DNA of 64,000 nt from the human T2T-CHM13v2.0 reference genome, Homo sapiens. The position numbers and the translations under genes were made by a program. Location: the NCBI RefSeq assembly GCF_009914755.1, contig NC_060947.1; one strand, 5' to 3'. This document shows positions 1 through 15,820 of this stretch, one piece after another. The first letter of the stretch is position 1, and each line of letters begins with the position of its first letter. The notes below the pieces were generated by a model. The model ran no database searches. It was given only the letters and a program-made list of their open reading frames with translations, and was not told where the DNA came from.

Positions 1-2828
<2,828 letters not shown>

Positions 2829-2829
2829 A

Positions 2830-3135
2830 TGTCCATTTTGATGTGTTCTATGTGCACTTGAAAAGAATTTACATTAACAATATTCTATATATGCCAATTA
2901 TGTCAAATTAATCATATCATTCATCTTTTATTTACCCATACTAACCTGCTTGATCAGAGGGTTTTGTTGAAATCTTCAATATTATTCTAATTTTTGTCCA
3001 TCTCTATTTTAATTTCTGTCAATGTTTTCTTTATATATTTATTAGTTATCATGTTGAATGTATAACAAGTTTGGATTTTTATATATTCTTTCAAAAAGAC
3101 AATTTTATCATTATAAATGTCCCTATTTATCTCTG
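2830..3135 (-). mobile_element. Old L1M fragment (ORF2 endonuclease region)
   Basis: Minus ORF 2987-3184 ends NKYIKKTLTEIKIEMDKN, which resembles the L1 EN segment KYIKQTLTELKGEID. T-rich antisense L1 composition. Confidence 0.7.
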
Positions 3136-3142
3136 CAGTAAG

Positions 3143-3210
3143 TGTAATTCTAAAATGGCCCCTAAGTTTCTTGCTCCCTTGCATACATGCCCTGTATAAT
3201 CCCCTCCATT
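3143..3210 (+). mobile_element. Short MLT1 (MaLR) LTR-like fragment
   Basis: TAATTCTAAAATGGCCCCTAAG...CATGCCCTGTATAATCCCCTCC resembles an MLT1 LTR 5' end; very short. Confidence 0.45.
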
Positions 3211-3584
3211 ATTAAAAATAATTGCAGAAGATTTGAACATATGTATTAATCTCTGTAGGATTTAACTTTCAAGTTCCAACTTACTTGTTCTTAACCTCCA
3301 CTCATTCTCTTTTCAGCCCAGTAAGACCATTGCCTTGTGCTTAGGTTTTATTCCTTTATATCATGACTTAAAACACTTAAGAGAATAAGCCAAAGTAAAT
3401 TTACAGCTCTCATTACATGCTTTCCTTTTCTCAAAGATCATAGCTCCTAAGTCATGCCTATGTTGGTTTTTAATGCCTTCAAAGTATAATTTCACGTATT
3501 TTTTTCTAGCTCTTATGATTTTTTTCAGTGCTAATTTATCTAATACTCTGACATACCCTCAGATGAAAACTGTTAATGTGTTTC

Positions 3585-3660
3585 TGTCCCCATTTTTAGA
3601 TGAGAAAACTGAGGGTCAGAGAATTTAACTGATTAACTCAAAGTTTCCCTGATAGTGATG
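3585..3660 (-). mobile_element. MIR core fragment
   Basis: CCCATTTTTAGATGAGAAAACTGAGGGTCAGAGA is the reverse complement of the MIR core. Confidence 0.75.
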
Positions 3661-4144
3661 GAATAAAATTAGATGTTATTTCCCAATATACCACGTTGCC
3701 TTTCTTTTTATTGTTGTTATTCTTAGATGTCAGTACCATTCTGAAGTTTTTACATGTTTTGATATAATTTGTTACTTTTTCTTTTTTTGCTTATTGCTCA
3801 TGACAATTTAAGGATTTGACTATGACCTTAGGATAATCCAAAATGCCTATGTGCTGTGGCCCATAGGTTAATATCAAACACATTGTACTGAAAGCAAGGA
3901 GCCAAAATGTTCTCTGAGAAGCTTGTCTTTAAAGGGATGGCAAAATTTTGTTTTCAGGAATCATACTTTAGAGTATTTTATTTCCTTTAACTACGCATGT
4001 GCCTCTCAAATTTTAAGCTGCTTTGAGGTATGCTGTTGTTTAATTTGAGCATTATCATAGTATTTGGCCTGTGGTGAAGAAATATATAATTATCTGAACA
4101 GCAGAATTTAACATTCATTGGTATTAGTTGCCCTTGTTGAACTA

Positions 4145-4400
4145 ATACAAACATTTATTGAGCACATACTTTAGGTACTCTGGGGGATACAAAGATAAAT
4201 CTGACATGATCCCTCTCTCAAGAAATTTAAAGTTCAGAATACAAATAGCTCTACTGGAAAGAAAATACGATTCATGACATGAGTTAGGTACAAAGCATAT
4301 GGGAATTCTGAAAAAGAGATCATATGAGGTTGAAATTTTCAGGCAGAGTTTCAAAAAAGAGAAGAAATTTGATATGGGCCTGGAAGAATAAATCGTACAT
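4145..4400 (-). mobile_element. L2 3'-end fragment
   Basis: AACATTTATTGAGCAC...GGGGATACAAAGATAAAT..ACATGATCCCT is the typical antisense L2 3' end. Confidence 0.7.
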
Positions 4401-4609
4401 ATAGGTTATGGCTCATTCCCAGTCGAAAACATTTTAGATTATACATATCTTGAGAACCACAGAGTCAGTTACTTACATGGTGATGAGGGAGAAATCTATT
4501 AATCAACAGATTAATATTAATTCAGAAAATATGTTGATTTAAATTTAAACTCACAACTCAACTTAGAGATACCGTGAACCACCCAGGTATGACGCACTTT
4601 TCAAATTAA

Positions 4610-4870
4610 TTATAGCTCCTATTTAGAAAGAGGGTTATCAATTAGTGCCAGGTACTATTACAGGTGCTTTTCTCATACTACCTTGCTTAAGCCACTCAAC
4701 AATCCTATAAGGTAGTAATTGTTCTCATTTTACTAATAAAGTCACTATGACACAGTCACATTGAGTAAAACGTTGGCTAAGGAAACATTGCTATTAATAA
4801 GCTGCTGCTGAGATTTAAGCCCAGGTTTGACTGATTATAGAATCTGAGATCTTAACCAATCTGCTATGCT
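4610..4870 (-). mobile_element. MIR
   Basis: GTGCCAGGTACT...CAACAATCCTATAAGGTAG...CTCATTTTAC...GATTTAAGCCCAGGTTTGACT...TCTTAACC follows the antisense MIR outline. Confidence 0.7.
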
Positions 4871-5497
4871 GTTACTCTAAGGGTAGAGACGGAGGTGTTG
4901 ATTACCCTCTGACTTATATCTAATTTCTTGTCTTCTTCCTAGACTCTTTTCTTCCCTGACATGCACTGGTACGTCATGACAGTTTTGGATTTACTTTTTT
5001 CTTCACTTTGAAAACTTTGTAAAAAGAACTTCCTGTGGCTTGAATTTTATTTCCCAGTCAGATATGCCTGCTTGCTTTATTACTTGCATGACATCGCAAC
5101 CTTTCTATGCCTCTTGGTTATGATCATACCCTGTCAGTGCTCAAGAGCAGACTGGGATCCAAATTTCCATCAAGACTTACAAAAGGGTATCTCTAAGCCC
5201 TTAAGTCAATAGTTTTACCATTTCTGGCAATTGCCCGAGGCAAATTGGAGCCTTTCACTAGCCAGCATTTGTTTGTACTAGTTTCTGGTGCTCTGCTACA
5301 TTTAATAGCAACTAGTTTCCCAGCTTACTTGGGACAGAATTCACTATGTTTGGGCCAAACGAAATGCGGTTAAATGATGTTTTTCTTTGACTTTCTAATT
5401 TATAACTTCGAGAAACAGATTCAGTCATAGATGGCAGGATACATGCTTGAGATACTGACTTATGCCAAACAGGGCCTATCCTAACTGCCAATTAAGA

Positions 5498-5570
5498 TGA
5501 TGGTGGCAGTGGTGGTGGGAGAGAGGATGGGGGAGAAAAGATGGTGGTGGTGGTAGTGGTGGTGGTAGGG
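5498..5570. repeat. Imperfect (GGT)n, G-rich low-complexity tract
   Basis: GGTGGCAGTGGTGGTGGGA...GGTGGTGGTGGTAGTGGTGGTGGTAGGG. Confidence 0.85.
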
Positions 5571-6434
5571 TTGTAAGGGTGATACAAGAACAACAACAAA
5601 AAAACCCCACCATTCTTTGTACAACACAATCTCCCTTTAATTATCAGATTGTCTTACAATTATTTGAAATTCATCAGCTTTAATTTACATACAAGATGAG
5701 GCCACTATAGTGCAGTACATTGAAATCAGAAACAAATTGCATGTGTGAAGTTAAACAGCACATTTAGCTTTTTAGAGAGACAATTTGAGGAGATTTCTAG
5801 GTTGTTCATATGTGACTCAATTTATGAATAATTGACAACTCTCAATAATAATCATTATTATATCCAGTTAACTTCATACAAGAGTAGCTTCTTTGACCCT
5901 CTCTCTAGACTAGCCTGACATTAACAGTTCTGTGACATTGTTGTTACACTTGGTGAAACTGCTGATTAAATTTCTGTCCCTTCCCTGATAAGATGAAGAC
6001 AATCTAGCATTGTACATGAAGGACCTGTATGGTCCTGACTTGTTTCATCTTCTTGCCATTAGGGTGTGCCATTCTTTTCCTGGAGTGGTGAGCACCTTAA
6101 CCTTTACTCTGACCTATCTTAGAAATCATCTTGTTCCTTCTCATTGTGCTTAGGGATGGCAGGAAGTAGCATTAAAACTTCCTATTTTTTTCTCATACTG
6201 CTGTGTTGGTACTTTTTTTTGTAAAGTATCATTTGATTACAGGAAAAAAAGATCTTGTCTTTAACTCTACTTTGCATCTGGGAAATTAAGTTGGCATCTG
6301 GACTAAGTAATGCTTACTGAATAAATTAGCAAAGTATATAATACCAATGTTAGATGTCACTCAATTAAACTTCATACCATTAGATATCGGAAAAGCATGA
6401 CCTAACAATTTTCTGTTGGGATACAAAGGTGTAC

Positions 6435-6545
6435 ATATTCATTCAAAAAACATTTATTGAGTAGATTCTATGTACCAGGTTCTATATTGGACACCAGTGA
6501 CACAATGAATAATCGAACTTGTTCACTGCTTTTTATGTCCAGGAA
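6435..6545 (-). mobile_element. L2 3'-end fragment
   Basis: ATTCATTCAAAAAACATTTATTGAGT..CTATGTACCAGG. Confidence 0.65.
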
Positions 6546-6834
6546 TCAAAAAATGGCATGAACCAACTGTTATATATACATCATGGTAGGCTCAACAAAA
6601 AATAATTTTTCAACCGAATGTCGATCTAGTGGACCCAGTCACCAACTTACATGCAATCTTGTATTAATGGACACTGCAGATAGACATATTCCCCATCAGA
6701 CCCTATGTGGGGTATCATATCAGGTGGCTGACACTGCCCATTAAACAATGTTTGATTTCTCCATGTTTCTCAAAGAGAGAGACACATGATTCCATTATCA
6801 CCCAAGGAAGCCACATTCTTAATTTATTCTATTA

Positions 6835-9478
6835 TTATGGGGGGTATCCATCACCTTAAGCATGTAGTCTTTGTGTTACAAACAATCCAATTATGTACTC
6901 TTAGTTATTTTAAAATGTACAATTAAGTCATTATTGAATACAGTCACCCTGTTGTGCTATCAAATACTAGAATTTATTCTTTCTAACTATGATTTTGTAC
7001 CCATTAACCATGTCCACTTTCCCCCGCACCCCCACACAATTCTTCACAGTCACTGGTAACCATGCTTCTTCTTTCTTCATGAATTCAATTGCTTTAATTT
7101 TTAGCTTCCACAAATAAGTGAGAACATGCAAAGTTTGTCTTTCTGTGCCTGGCTTATTTAAATTAACATAATGACCTCCAGTTCCATGATGTTGTTGCAA
7201 ATGACAGGATCTCATTTCTTTTTTTATGGCTGAACCATACTCCATTGTGTATATGTGCCCCAATTTTATTTATCCATTCATCTGTTGACAGACATTGGAG
7301 TGCTTCTAAATCTTGGCTATTAGGAATAATTCTGCCATAAACATGGGAGTGCAGCTATCTCATTGATATATAGATTTCCTTTCTTTTGAGTATATACCTA
7401 ACAGGTGGATTGCTGGATTGTATGGTAACCATATTTTTAATTTTTTGAGTAATCTCCAAACTGTTCTCCATAGTGGTTAGATTAATTTACATCCCCACCA
7501 AAAGTGTACAGGGTGTCTTTTACTCCACATCCTTGCCAGAGTTTGTTATTGCCTGACCTTTGGATATAGGCCATTTCAACTGGGGCGAGAAGATATCTCT
7601 TAGTTTCAGTTTGCATTTGTCTGATGATCAATAACATTGAGCACTTTTTCACATACCTTTTTGCCATTTATATGTCTCTTTTTGAGACATGTCTATTCAG
7701 ATCTTTTCCCTATTTTAAATTAGATTATTTGATTTTTTTCCTAAAGAGTTGTTTGAGCTCCTTATATATTTTGGTTATTATCTCTTCTCAGATGGATAGT
7801 TGCAAATATTTTCTCCCATTCTGCTGGTTGTCTCTTCACTTTCCTTTGTTGTGCAGAAGATTTTTAACTTGATATGATCCCATTTGTCCATTTTTGCTTA
7901 GCTTGCCTGCGCCTGGGGTAGTACTCAATAAACCTTTGTCCAGTCCATTGTCATGGAGAGTGTCCTAATCTATTTTAATAGTTTGAGGTGTTAGATTTAA
8001 GTCTTTAATTCATTTTAACTTTAGTTTTGAATATGAAAAGACAGTGGGGTCTAGTTTTATTCTTTTGTATATGGATATCCAGTTTTCCCAGCACCATTTA
8101 TTGAACAGACTGTCTTTTCCCCAATGTATGTTCTTGGCACCTTGTCAAAAGTGAGTTTACTGTAGATGAATAGATTTATCTCTGGGTTCTCTATTCTGTT
8201 TCATTGATCCATGTGCCTGTTTTTATTCCAGTTCCATGTTATTTTGGTTACTATATCTCTGTAGTATAATATGAAGTCAGGTAGTGTGATTCCTCCAGTT
8301 TTGTTCTTTTTGCTCACAATAGCTTTGGCTATTCTGGGTCTTCTGTGGTTCCATAAAAAATTTAGAATTTTTTTTACATCTGTGAAAAATGTCATTCATA
8401 TTTTGGTGGGGATTACATTTAATGTGTAGATTGCTTTGGGTAGGATGGACATTTTAACAATACTTATTCTTCCAATCCATGAACATGGAAAATCCTTTTA
8501 TTGTGTTTGTAGCCTGTTCAATTACTTTCACCAATGTTTTACAGTTTTTATTGCAGAAATGTTTCCCTTCTTTGGCTAATTTATTTTCTAGGTTTTGAAT
8601 TTTATTTGTAGCTATTGTAAGTGAGATTACTTTTTCATTTATTTTTCAAATTTTTTGCTGTTGGTGTATAGAAACAATACTGATTTTTGCATGTAGATTA
8701 TGTGCCCTGCAACTTTACTTATTTATCAGTTCTAACAGTTTTTTTGGGAGTCTTCAGGTTTTCACAAACATAAGATCACATCATCCTCAAACAAGGATAA
8801 TTTGAGTTTTTCCTTTCCAATGTGGATGCCCTTTATTTCTTTCTCTTGTCTGAATGTTCTAACTAGGACTTCCAGTACTATGTTGAATCAGTGGTGAAAG
8901 TGGGCATCTTTGTCTTGTTGCAGATCTTAGAGAAAAGACTTTCGGCTGTTTTCCATTCAGTATGATACTAGTTTTCGGCCTGTTGTATATGGCTTTTATT
9001 ATTTTTAGGTTATGTTTCTTCTATATCCACTTTTTGAAGGTTTTTATCATGAAGTGATGTTGAATTTTATCAAAAGCTTTTTTAGCATCAGTTGAAACGA
9101 TCACATGTTTTTTCCCTTCATTTTGTTGATATAATGTATCACACTGATTGATGTGCTTATGTTCAGCCATCCTTGCATCCCTGGCATAAATCCCACTTGG
9201 TCATGATAAATAATCTTTTTACTTTGTTGATAAATATCCTTTGTTAGTATTTTGTTGAGGATTATTGCATCAATACTCATCACAGATATCAGCCTATCAT
9301 TTTCTTTTTCTGATGTGTCTTTGTCTAGTTCTGTTGTCAGTGTAATATTTACCTCATAGAATGAGTTTGGAAATATTCTTTTCTCCTTTATTCTTCAGAA
9401 TAGTTTGAGTGGGATTGGTGTTAGTTCTTCCTGAATGTTTGTAAAATTCATCAGTGAAGCCATCCAGTCCCAAGAGTT
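6835..9478 (-). mobile_element. 5'-truncated L1MA-type LINE-1 (3'UTR and ORF2 RT/C-terminus)
   Basis: L1MA-type 3'UTR (GGGGTATCCATCACC..TTGTGTTACAAACAATCCAATTAT..CAGTCACCCTGTTGTGCTATCAAATACTAG). Minus ORFs [17 protein letters not shown] and IDAIILNKIL..HDQVGFMPGMQGW. Confidence 0.92.
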
Positions 9479-9827
9479 TTGAAGGGTGAGATAACAGAAA
9501 GATATCCTGTTGCACTCAGTAGGGCTGGTGTGTTTATCTACCTTTATGCCTTTTGGATTTTATTATGTCTGGGCGATTTTCCAATATGTTATAAACATGA
9601 TGTTTTAGGACTCTCCTTGATTGAACTATGATCATATATCTGGACAATGTTTTAGTTTACTTATGACAGTATTGTCCAGATGGTCCTGGACTGTCTCCAA
9701 TAGAATCAGCTTTGTGCTTAAAATGTAGAAGTATGAGCTTTATGAAGTCCAAGTCAAGTTTATGATTTCCCTAATATCCTCACAAGGAATTGGGATGAAC
9801 TTCTAGAGAGTCAGATCACTACTGATT

Positions 9828-10630
9828 AAAGGACATGAACAGACGCTTTTCAAAAGAACATATACAAACAGCCAACAAGCGTATGGAAAAAAGCTTGATA
9901 TCACTCATCATTAGAGAAATGCAAATCAAAGACACAATGATATACCATCTCACACAAGTAAGAATGGCTCTTATTAAAAAGTCAAAAAGTAACACACTTA
10001 CACACTGTTGGTGTGAGTGTAAATTAGTTAACTCATTGTGGAAATCAGTGTGACAATTCTCAAAGAGCTAAAAACAGAACTACCATTCGACCCAACAATC
10101 CCATTACTGGGTATATGCCCAATGGAATATAAATAATTCTACTATAAAGACATGCATGTGAATGTTTATTGCAGCACTATTCACAATAGCAAAGACATGC
10201 AATTAACTTGAATTTCCATCAATGACAGATTGAATAGAGAAAGTGTGGTTCCATATAGACAATGGAATACTATGCAACTGTAAAAAAAAAGAATGAGATA
10301 ATGTATTTTGTGGGAATATGGATGGAGCTGGAGCTCATTATCCTTAGCGAACTAACACAGGAACTGAAAGCCAAATACCACATGTTCTCACTTGTAAGTG
10401 GGAGCTAAATGATGAAAACTCATGGACACACAGAGAGGAACAACAGACACTGGGACCTACTTGAAGGTGGAGGGTGGGAGAAAAAAGAGGATCAGAAAAA
10501 ATAACTATTGGGTACTAGACTCAGTGCCTGGGTGACAAAATAATTGGTACAACAAACCCCTGTGACACGAGTTTACCAATATAACAAACTTGCACATGTA
10601 CCCCTGAACCTAAAAGAAAAGTTTAGAAAA
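9828..10630 (+). mobile_element. 5'-truncated older L1PA (about PA13-16) 3' end
   Basis: [30 protein letters not shown]. The 3'UTR reads GAGGATCAGAAAAAATAACTATTGGGTACTAG...CCCCTGAACCTAAAA. AAAGGAC occurs at both ends (short TSD or microhomology). Confidence 0.9.
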
Positions 10631-10999
10631 GGACGCATATCTAATTCTAAAACAAATACTAATAATTTTTCACATTCCACTGATAATTAAATGAGGTGCT
10701 TCCTCCCATTTTTGGCCCTGGGTATCTCTCTAACCAATCTTTTGAGATTAACATGAGACATGTCAGTGGACTCCTGTGTCCCCAAAAGCTTTCAAAGAAT
10801 TAAAATACAGATTCACTTCTGCTAACATCCTTGTATATTTTTATCTATAAAGAGAGATAATTTACGTTAGTATTCAGTCTATTTTCTCCCTCTTAAAAAA
10901 GGAAAACCCTTTAGATTTTCCATCCCGGTCACCTCCCTATATATTTCTTCTCCTTTAAAGCTGTGTTTTAAAGAGCTATCTGCATATGAACAACAGTTG

Positions 11000-12475
11000 A
11001 ACTCACTGTAGTCATCCACCTACACCCTATTCACAAAAACTAATTTTGCTAAGGTTATCAATGTCCTTTATTTTGAAAATTATGTGGAGTAAGTCCTAAT
11101 GTACTTGGCCTATCGTCATTAAATGCTTGAGTCCTCTCTCCTTGAACCACTCTCTTGGCATTAATGACATTTAACTCCTTCTACCTTTATGCACTCTCTC
11201 ACAGCCTCTTTACCTTCTTAATATAGTCTTTAAATATTGGAATTCCTCAGGACTTCATTCTGGTTGCTCTTTTCTTCTCTATTGTTTTACATCTTCATCG
11301 AAACCTCACTCACTCTTATGACATTAACGGTTGTCTACATGCTGATTACTCTCCCAGTACGCCAAATCCAGAATCTTATATTTAACTACCTACTTAATAA
11401 TGACACTTCAGTGTATCCCAGGCAAGCCAAAATGAAGACGATCCAAACTGAATATTTGATATCCACTTGCTCAACTTGTCTCTCAATCATTATTCTCCAT
11501 TTTAATAAATATCTTCACTTCATAAACATGGTAGTCATTATTGACACCTCCCTGTATTTTATCTTTCATATTCAGTCAAATACCAAGCTCTGTAGATAAA
11601 TCCTCCAAAATATATTACAAATAGATAAAATCTTTTTAATTTCTGTTACCACTATGCAGCGCTGTTTTTTTAAATGTGTATTTTATTGCTCTTTCTATTT
11701 ATTTATTTATTTCTAACCTTTATTTTATGTTCAGGGGATACATATGCAGGTTTGTTATATGGGTAAATTGTGTGTTGTGGGGTTTGGTGTACAAATTACT
11801 TCATCACTCAGATAATGAGCATAGTACCTGACAGGTAGTTTTTCAGTCTTCAACCTCCTATCACCCTCCACCATCAAGTAGACCCCAGTGTCTATTATTC
11901 CTTTCTTTGTGTCCATGTGTACTCAATATTTAGCTAACACTTGCAAGTGAGAACATGTGATATTTTGTTTTCTGTTTCTACATTAATTTGCTTATGCTAA
12001 TAGTCTCCAGATCCATCCATATCGCTGTGAAAGATATGATTTTGTTCTATTGTTATGGCTACATAGTATTCTATGGTGTATATGTACCACATTTTCTTTA
12101 TCCAGTCCACTGTTGATGGATAGGCATTTACATTGATTCCGTGAGTTTGCTATTGTGACTAGTACTGTGATGAATATACACATGCATGTGACTTTATGAT
12201 AGAATTATTTATATTTCTTTGCCAGTATTTCACTCTCTTTAGGAAGCCCTTTCCGACCTCCCTTACTCATTCTTTTTGTGTAACACTTCAGAACAAAATG
12301 TGCCTATTCTTTATATTACTTGCTGCTGTCACATTTTGCAGTTTCAGTATAATCAGGTAAATAAATATCTGCATCTTTCACTAGGTTGTAAGTTCCATAA
12401 GAGCCTTGCTTTAGTCTATTGTGTACATTACCTGGTACACAATGGGCATTCAATAAATAATTGTTAAATGAATTA
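11000..12475 (+). mobile_element. L2 element (ORF remnant about 11000-11660; 3' end about 12222-12475) interrupted by an L1
   Basis: GGAATTCCTCAGG...CTACATGCTGATTACTCT is an L2 RT-region remnant. The 3' end is AGGAAGCCCTTTCC...TGTAAGTTCCAT...CCTGGTACACAAT..CAATAAATAATTGTTAAATGAAT. Confidence 0.7.
11690..12220 (-). mobile_element. L1PA15/16-like 3'UTR fragment
   Basis: TTCAGGGGATACATATGCAGGTTTGTTATATGGGTAAATTG...AAGTGAGAACATG...TATGTACCACATTTTCTTTATCCAGTC, with a (TTTA) tail at the left. Confidence 0.9.
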
Positions 12476-12499
12476 TATAATGCCATAGTAGTTTTTAGC

Positions 12500-12730
12500 A
12501 ACAAGTGGGCATTTACCATGTTCCAGAAAATTTGGCAAGTGTTATACATAAATTGTCTCCTTTAATCATCTCAATTATCTTATGAAGAGAGTACTATTAT
12601 TATATTATTTTCTATAGATAAAGAAATTGGGCCCAAATAATCTAAAAATATTTCTCAAATTTGCATAACTAATAAAAGGCAGAAAAACAATTTAAATATA
12701 TTTCTGTTAGGCTCCAAAGTTTGTGTTTAT
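12500..12730 (-). mobile_element. MIR
   Basis: Degenerate antisense MIR: CATTTACCATGTTCCAG...TTTAATCATCTCAA...TATAGATAAAGAAATTG...CTCCAAAGT. Confidence 0.6.
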
Positions 12731-13729
12731 TAGAAACTCAAGCTCTTTCAGTTTGTCTTTGCTAGAATAGTTTATCTGGACATTTTATTGCTGTCACAAG
12801 CCTTAATATAAAATGTTATCTTATATTTTTATTTTCAGGAGGTCTCTACTATATATTACTTGTTAAAATTTTTAGGAAGCTTTAGGTTTGTTTTTCAGTG
12901 ATTCACTTAAGCAGGCAAAAAATCCTACGTATAAATGACATTTTCTGTCAAATGAAACCTCTATTTTCCTGTTAGTGTTTGCCTTTCACATGTAATACAT
13001 ATATTTTAGCATATACATCACCTCATGCAAGGAATATTAACTTTATAATGTATAATACTTGATATAAGGTTTTGAAAAACACTGTTCCATAACATTTAAT
13101 AAATCCAGGTCTTAGACCAAAGTGCAAAATACACTGACTGACTTACTCAGTGCCTAGGCAAACTTGAAGAAGTTTTGGTACTATTTTCAAAGTTTATGCC
13201 TTCTCTCAATGTTGATAGATGCTTGTATTTCCGAGCTTAGCTGCAGAATAACCTGAATTTCATACTACGGTGTCATCTTTATGTTGTTTCAACATGTTAA
13301 TGATGACAGACATCCTCATTCCCTATTGGCAGTTACCCATTCAAGACGTCTTTTAATTTTTATAGATGTGCGAATTAGATGGCATTATTAGGAGTGCGGG
13401 TTGCTTGTGTTTTTGTAACTATGTGTTGCCTTTTCATTATAATCACCATATTGTGCAATTCTAGGGATCCCAATCTCTATTTTAGTTTATGTAAATGATT
13501 CCTAAGGAGTTTCATAGTGTATAGCCTGTGAAGCCATATATTGTGAAGTATCATCTTCTCTTTCTTATTCACCCACAAATAGTGAGTGAATTCCACATAG
13601 TAATCACAGAAACATAAAACGAAGACTTTGCTTATTATGTCCTCTGTTACCAACATCATAAATGTCTTATATTTCCACACCTGAATTTACATATAGTAAT
13701 GTCTTATATACTTCAATTCCAAACATTCT

Positions 13730-14260
13730 TGTATTAATTAGGCCTCTTAGTGACAAACACCTGAAACCAACTCTAACAAGTTAAGTAAAAACAAATTTAG
13801 TAAGCGATACTGAGGGCTCACAGAAGTGATAAAAGGGTAGAAGATCAGGAGGATCTATGAGAGCGAGGAGTAGGACACACACACAAAAAACATAGCTACT
13901 GTCTTTTAGAAGGGCCCACCCATTTAATAGATATTGCTGGCTTGTCAGTTTTTCTGCCATCACCACCACAGCTGCTATTGTAATAGATATGTCAAAGTAT
14001 GTATCCTGACTTTAATACTTTATTCAATATTTAAAGTCCAGGGAAAGGGTTTTTGATTGGCTGCAATTAGATCATGTGTCCAACCTCCTGATCCTCTCAG
14101 CCCTATAGGCGGAGTTATGAAATGGAACAGTGGAAGATGGGCACAGGGATTTATCACTGTGCCAATACTACACATAATGAAGAAGTAGTAAATTCCCAAA
14201 AGTAAACTGAAATGTTATTAGGAAGGATGTGGTTTCTGGCAGCCAAAAATCCCTCAATTT
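13730..14260 (-). mobile_element. Old MLT1-class (MaLR) LTR
   Basis: Starts TGTATT..AGTGACAAA..AAACCAACTC and contains TGATTGGC..AGATCATGTGTCCA and AATTCCCAAAAG. This pattern is typical of antisense MLT1J/K/L. Confidence 0.5.
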
Positions 14261-15128
14261 GAGCAATGTCTGCTATAAGCCCTCTTTCATGTCAATTATG
14301 GGTTCCACTTGCATTACCTACTTCTCACCTGTGACACTGCACATAATCTTTTCTTATATAAACTGGCTTTGCAGTTTTATGTCCCTGGTACTGTTGGAAT
14401 CAAGTACACTATCTTGGTTACTGGAAAGTAGATATTAATAGAATAAAATATAAGAAATGTAAGATTAGCATCCCACTTCAATATTGTTCATCTTCCTCAT
14501 AGATTAAAAAAAAGACACTAATGATTTCACTATTTCCCATGCATGAACCTGAGAACAGAGGAATGCCAAATTGCCTAGAATTCCCTGGCTGCTGCATTCT
14601 TTAAACTGTATCTACCTAGGGGTCACTTATAAAATGATGTTGCATTGAAAACAGATGGAATTATCTCATACTGTATTGGAAGAACATTGCATGCCCTAGT
14701 GATTTATTTACTCCCTCATCTCTGTCCTGATTCCATTCTTTTCTCATCTGTACTTGTGTTTCACTACGGCCTTAGCTCTGACTTTAGTAACATGATTAAT
14801 AACCTAATTTGGGCTGGGACTGTATTTCTTCAGTCTGTCTTCTGTTTGCTTCTTAAAACCATGAACTACATTGCTCAATTCCTTGTTTCATCTATTCCAG
14901 ACACTTTGAGTTACAGAAGTTTTATTTATGTTCCTGAGATGGGATCCACTCTCTGCTGTGCTTCAGGCCAGTCCAGCATCTTTTCCTCATGACCAAAACA
15001 GTTTGTCAAGAAGTATTTTTTTCAATTGCTCACAGAAAATTGATTCTCTGTAGCTGGCATGTTTCTGTTTGTTCTGATCTTTTGCTTCCCTCTAGCGGCC
15101 AATGTTTGCATATGTATATGAGGCTAGC

Positions 15129-15132
<4 letters not shown>

Positions 15133-15167
<35 letters not shown>
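15133..15167. repeat. (TG)n microsatellite
   Basis: Perfect TG run of about 17 units. Confidence 0.98.
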
Positions 15168-15170
<3 letters not shown>

Positions 15171-15345
15171 AAATTGATGGAATTTCTATGGTTTCCGTCT
15201 CATCACTCCATTGCTAGCCATATATATATATGCACACACATATATGTGTATATATGTTTATATATGATCTATATGTGTATATATTTGATATATATCATAT
15301 ATATGATTTATGTGTCTCATATATCATATATATGGATGTATACAT

Positions 15346-15820
15346 TGTGAAACCCAAAAATCTGAGACAGGTCTCATTTAAATTAGAAAGTTTATTTTGC
15401 CAAGGTTGAGGACGCGCGCCCGTGACACAGCCTCAGGTGGTCCTAACAACATGTGCCTTCCCAAGGTGGTAGGAGCACGGTTTGGTTTTATACATTCTAG
15501 GGAGACATGAGACATCAATCAACATATGCAAGATGAACATTGGTTCGGTCTGGAAAGACGGGATAACACGAAGCAAAGGTGAGAAGACTCAAAGGGGGAG
15601 GGGGCTTCCAGGTCATAGGTAGATAAGAGACAGATGGTTGCATTACTTTGGGTTTCTGATTAGCCTCTCCAAAGGAGGCAATCAGATGTGCATTTATCTC
15701 AGTGAGCGGAGGGGCGACTTTGAACAGAATAGGAGTCAGGTTGGCCATAAGCAGTTTCCAGCTTGACTTTTCCCTTTAGCTTAGTGATCTGGGGCCCCCA
15801 AGATTTATTTTCCTTTCACA
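15346..15820 (-). mobile_element. MER4A1-like solo LTR (ERV1) inside a TA-rich tract
   Basis: TG...CA ends. The reverse strand starts TGTGAAAGGAAAATAAATCTTGGGGGCCCC..CACTAAGCTAAAGGGAAAAGTCAAGCTGG, homologous to the LTRs at 18224 and 36225 but shorter. 4-bp flanks ACAT/ATAT. Confidence 0.88.

Noticed and set aside
11237-11599. 120-aa hydrophobic ORF
   Set aside because: Non-ATG start, overlaps a decayed L2, and the hydrophobicity reflects T-rich composition.
12820-12845. Splice-acceptor-like TTTTTATTTTCAG|GA
   Set aside because: Such motifs are common in AT-rich DNA, and no supporting ORF or donor could be established.
14645-15350. 115-aa ORF and Cys/Val/Tyr/Ile-rich ORFs
   Set aside because: No recognisable domain; the latter are translations of (TG)n and (TA)n microsatellites.
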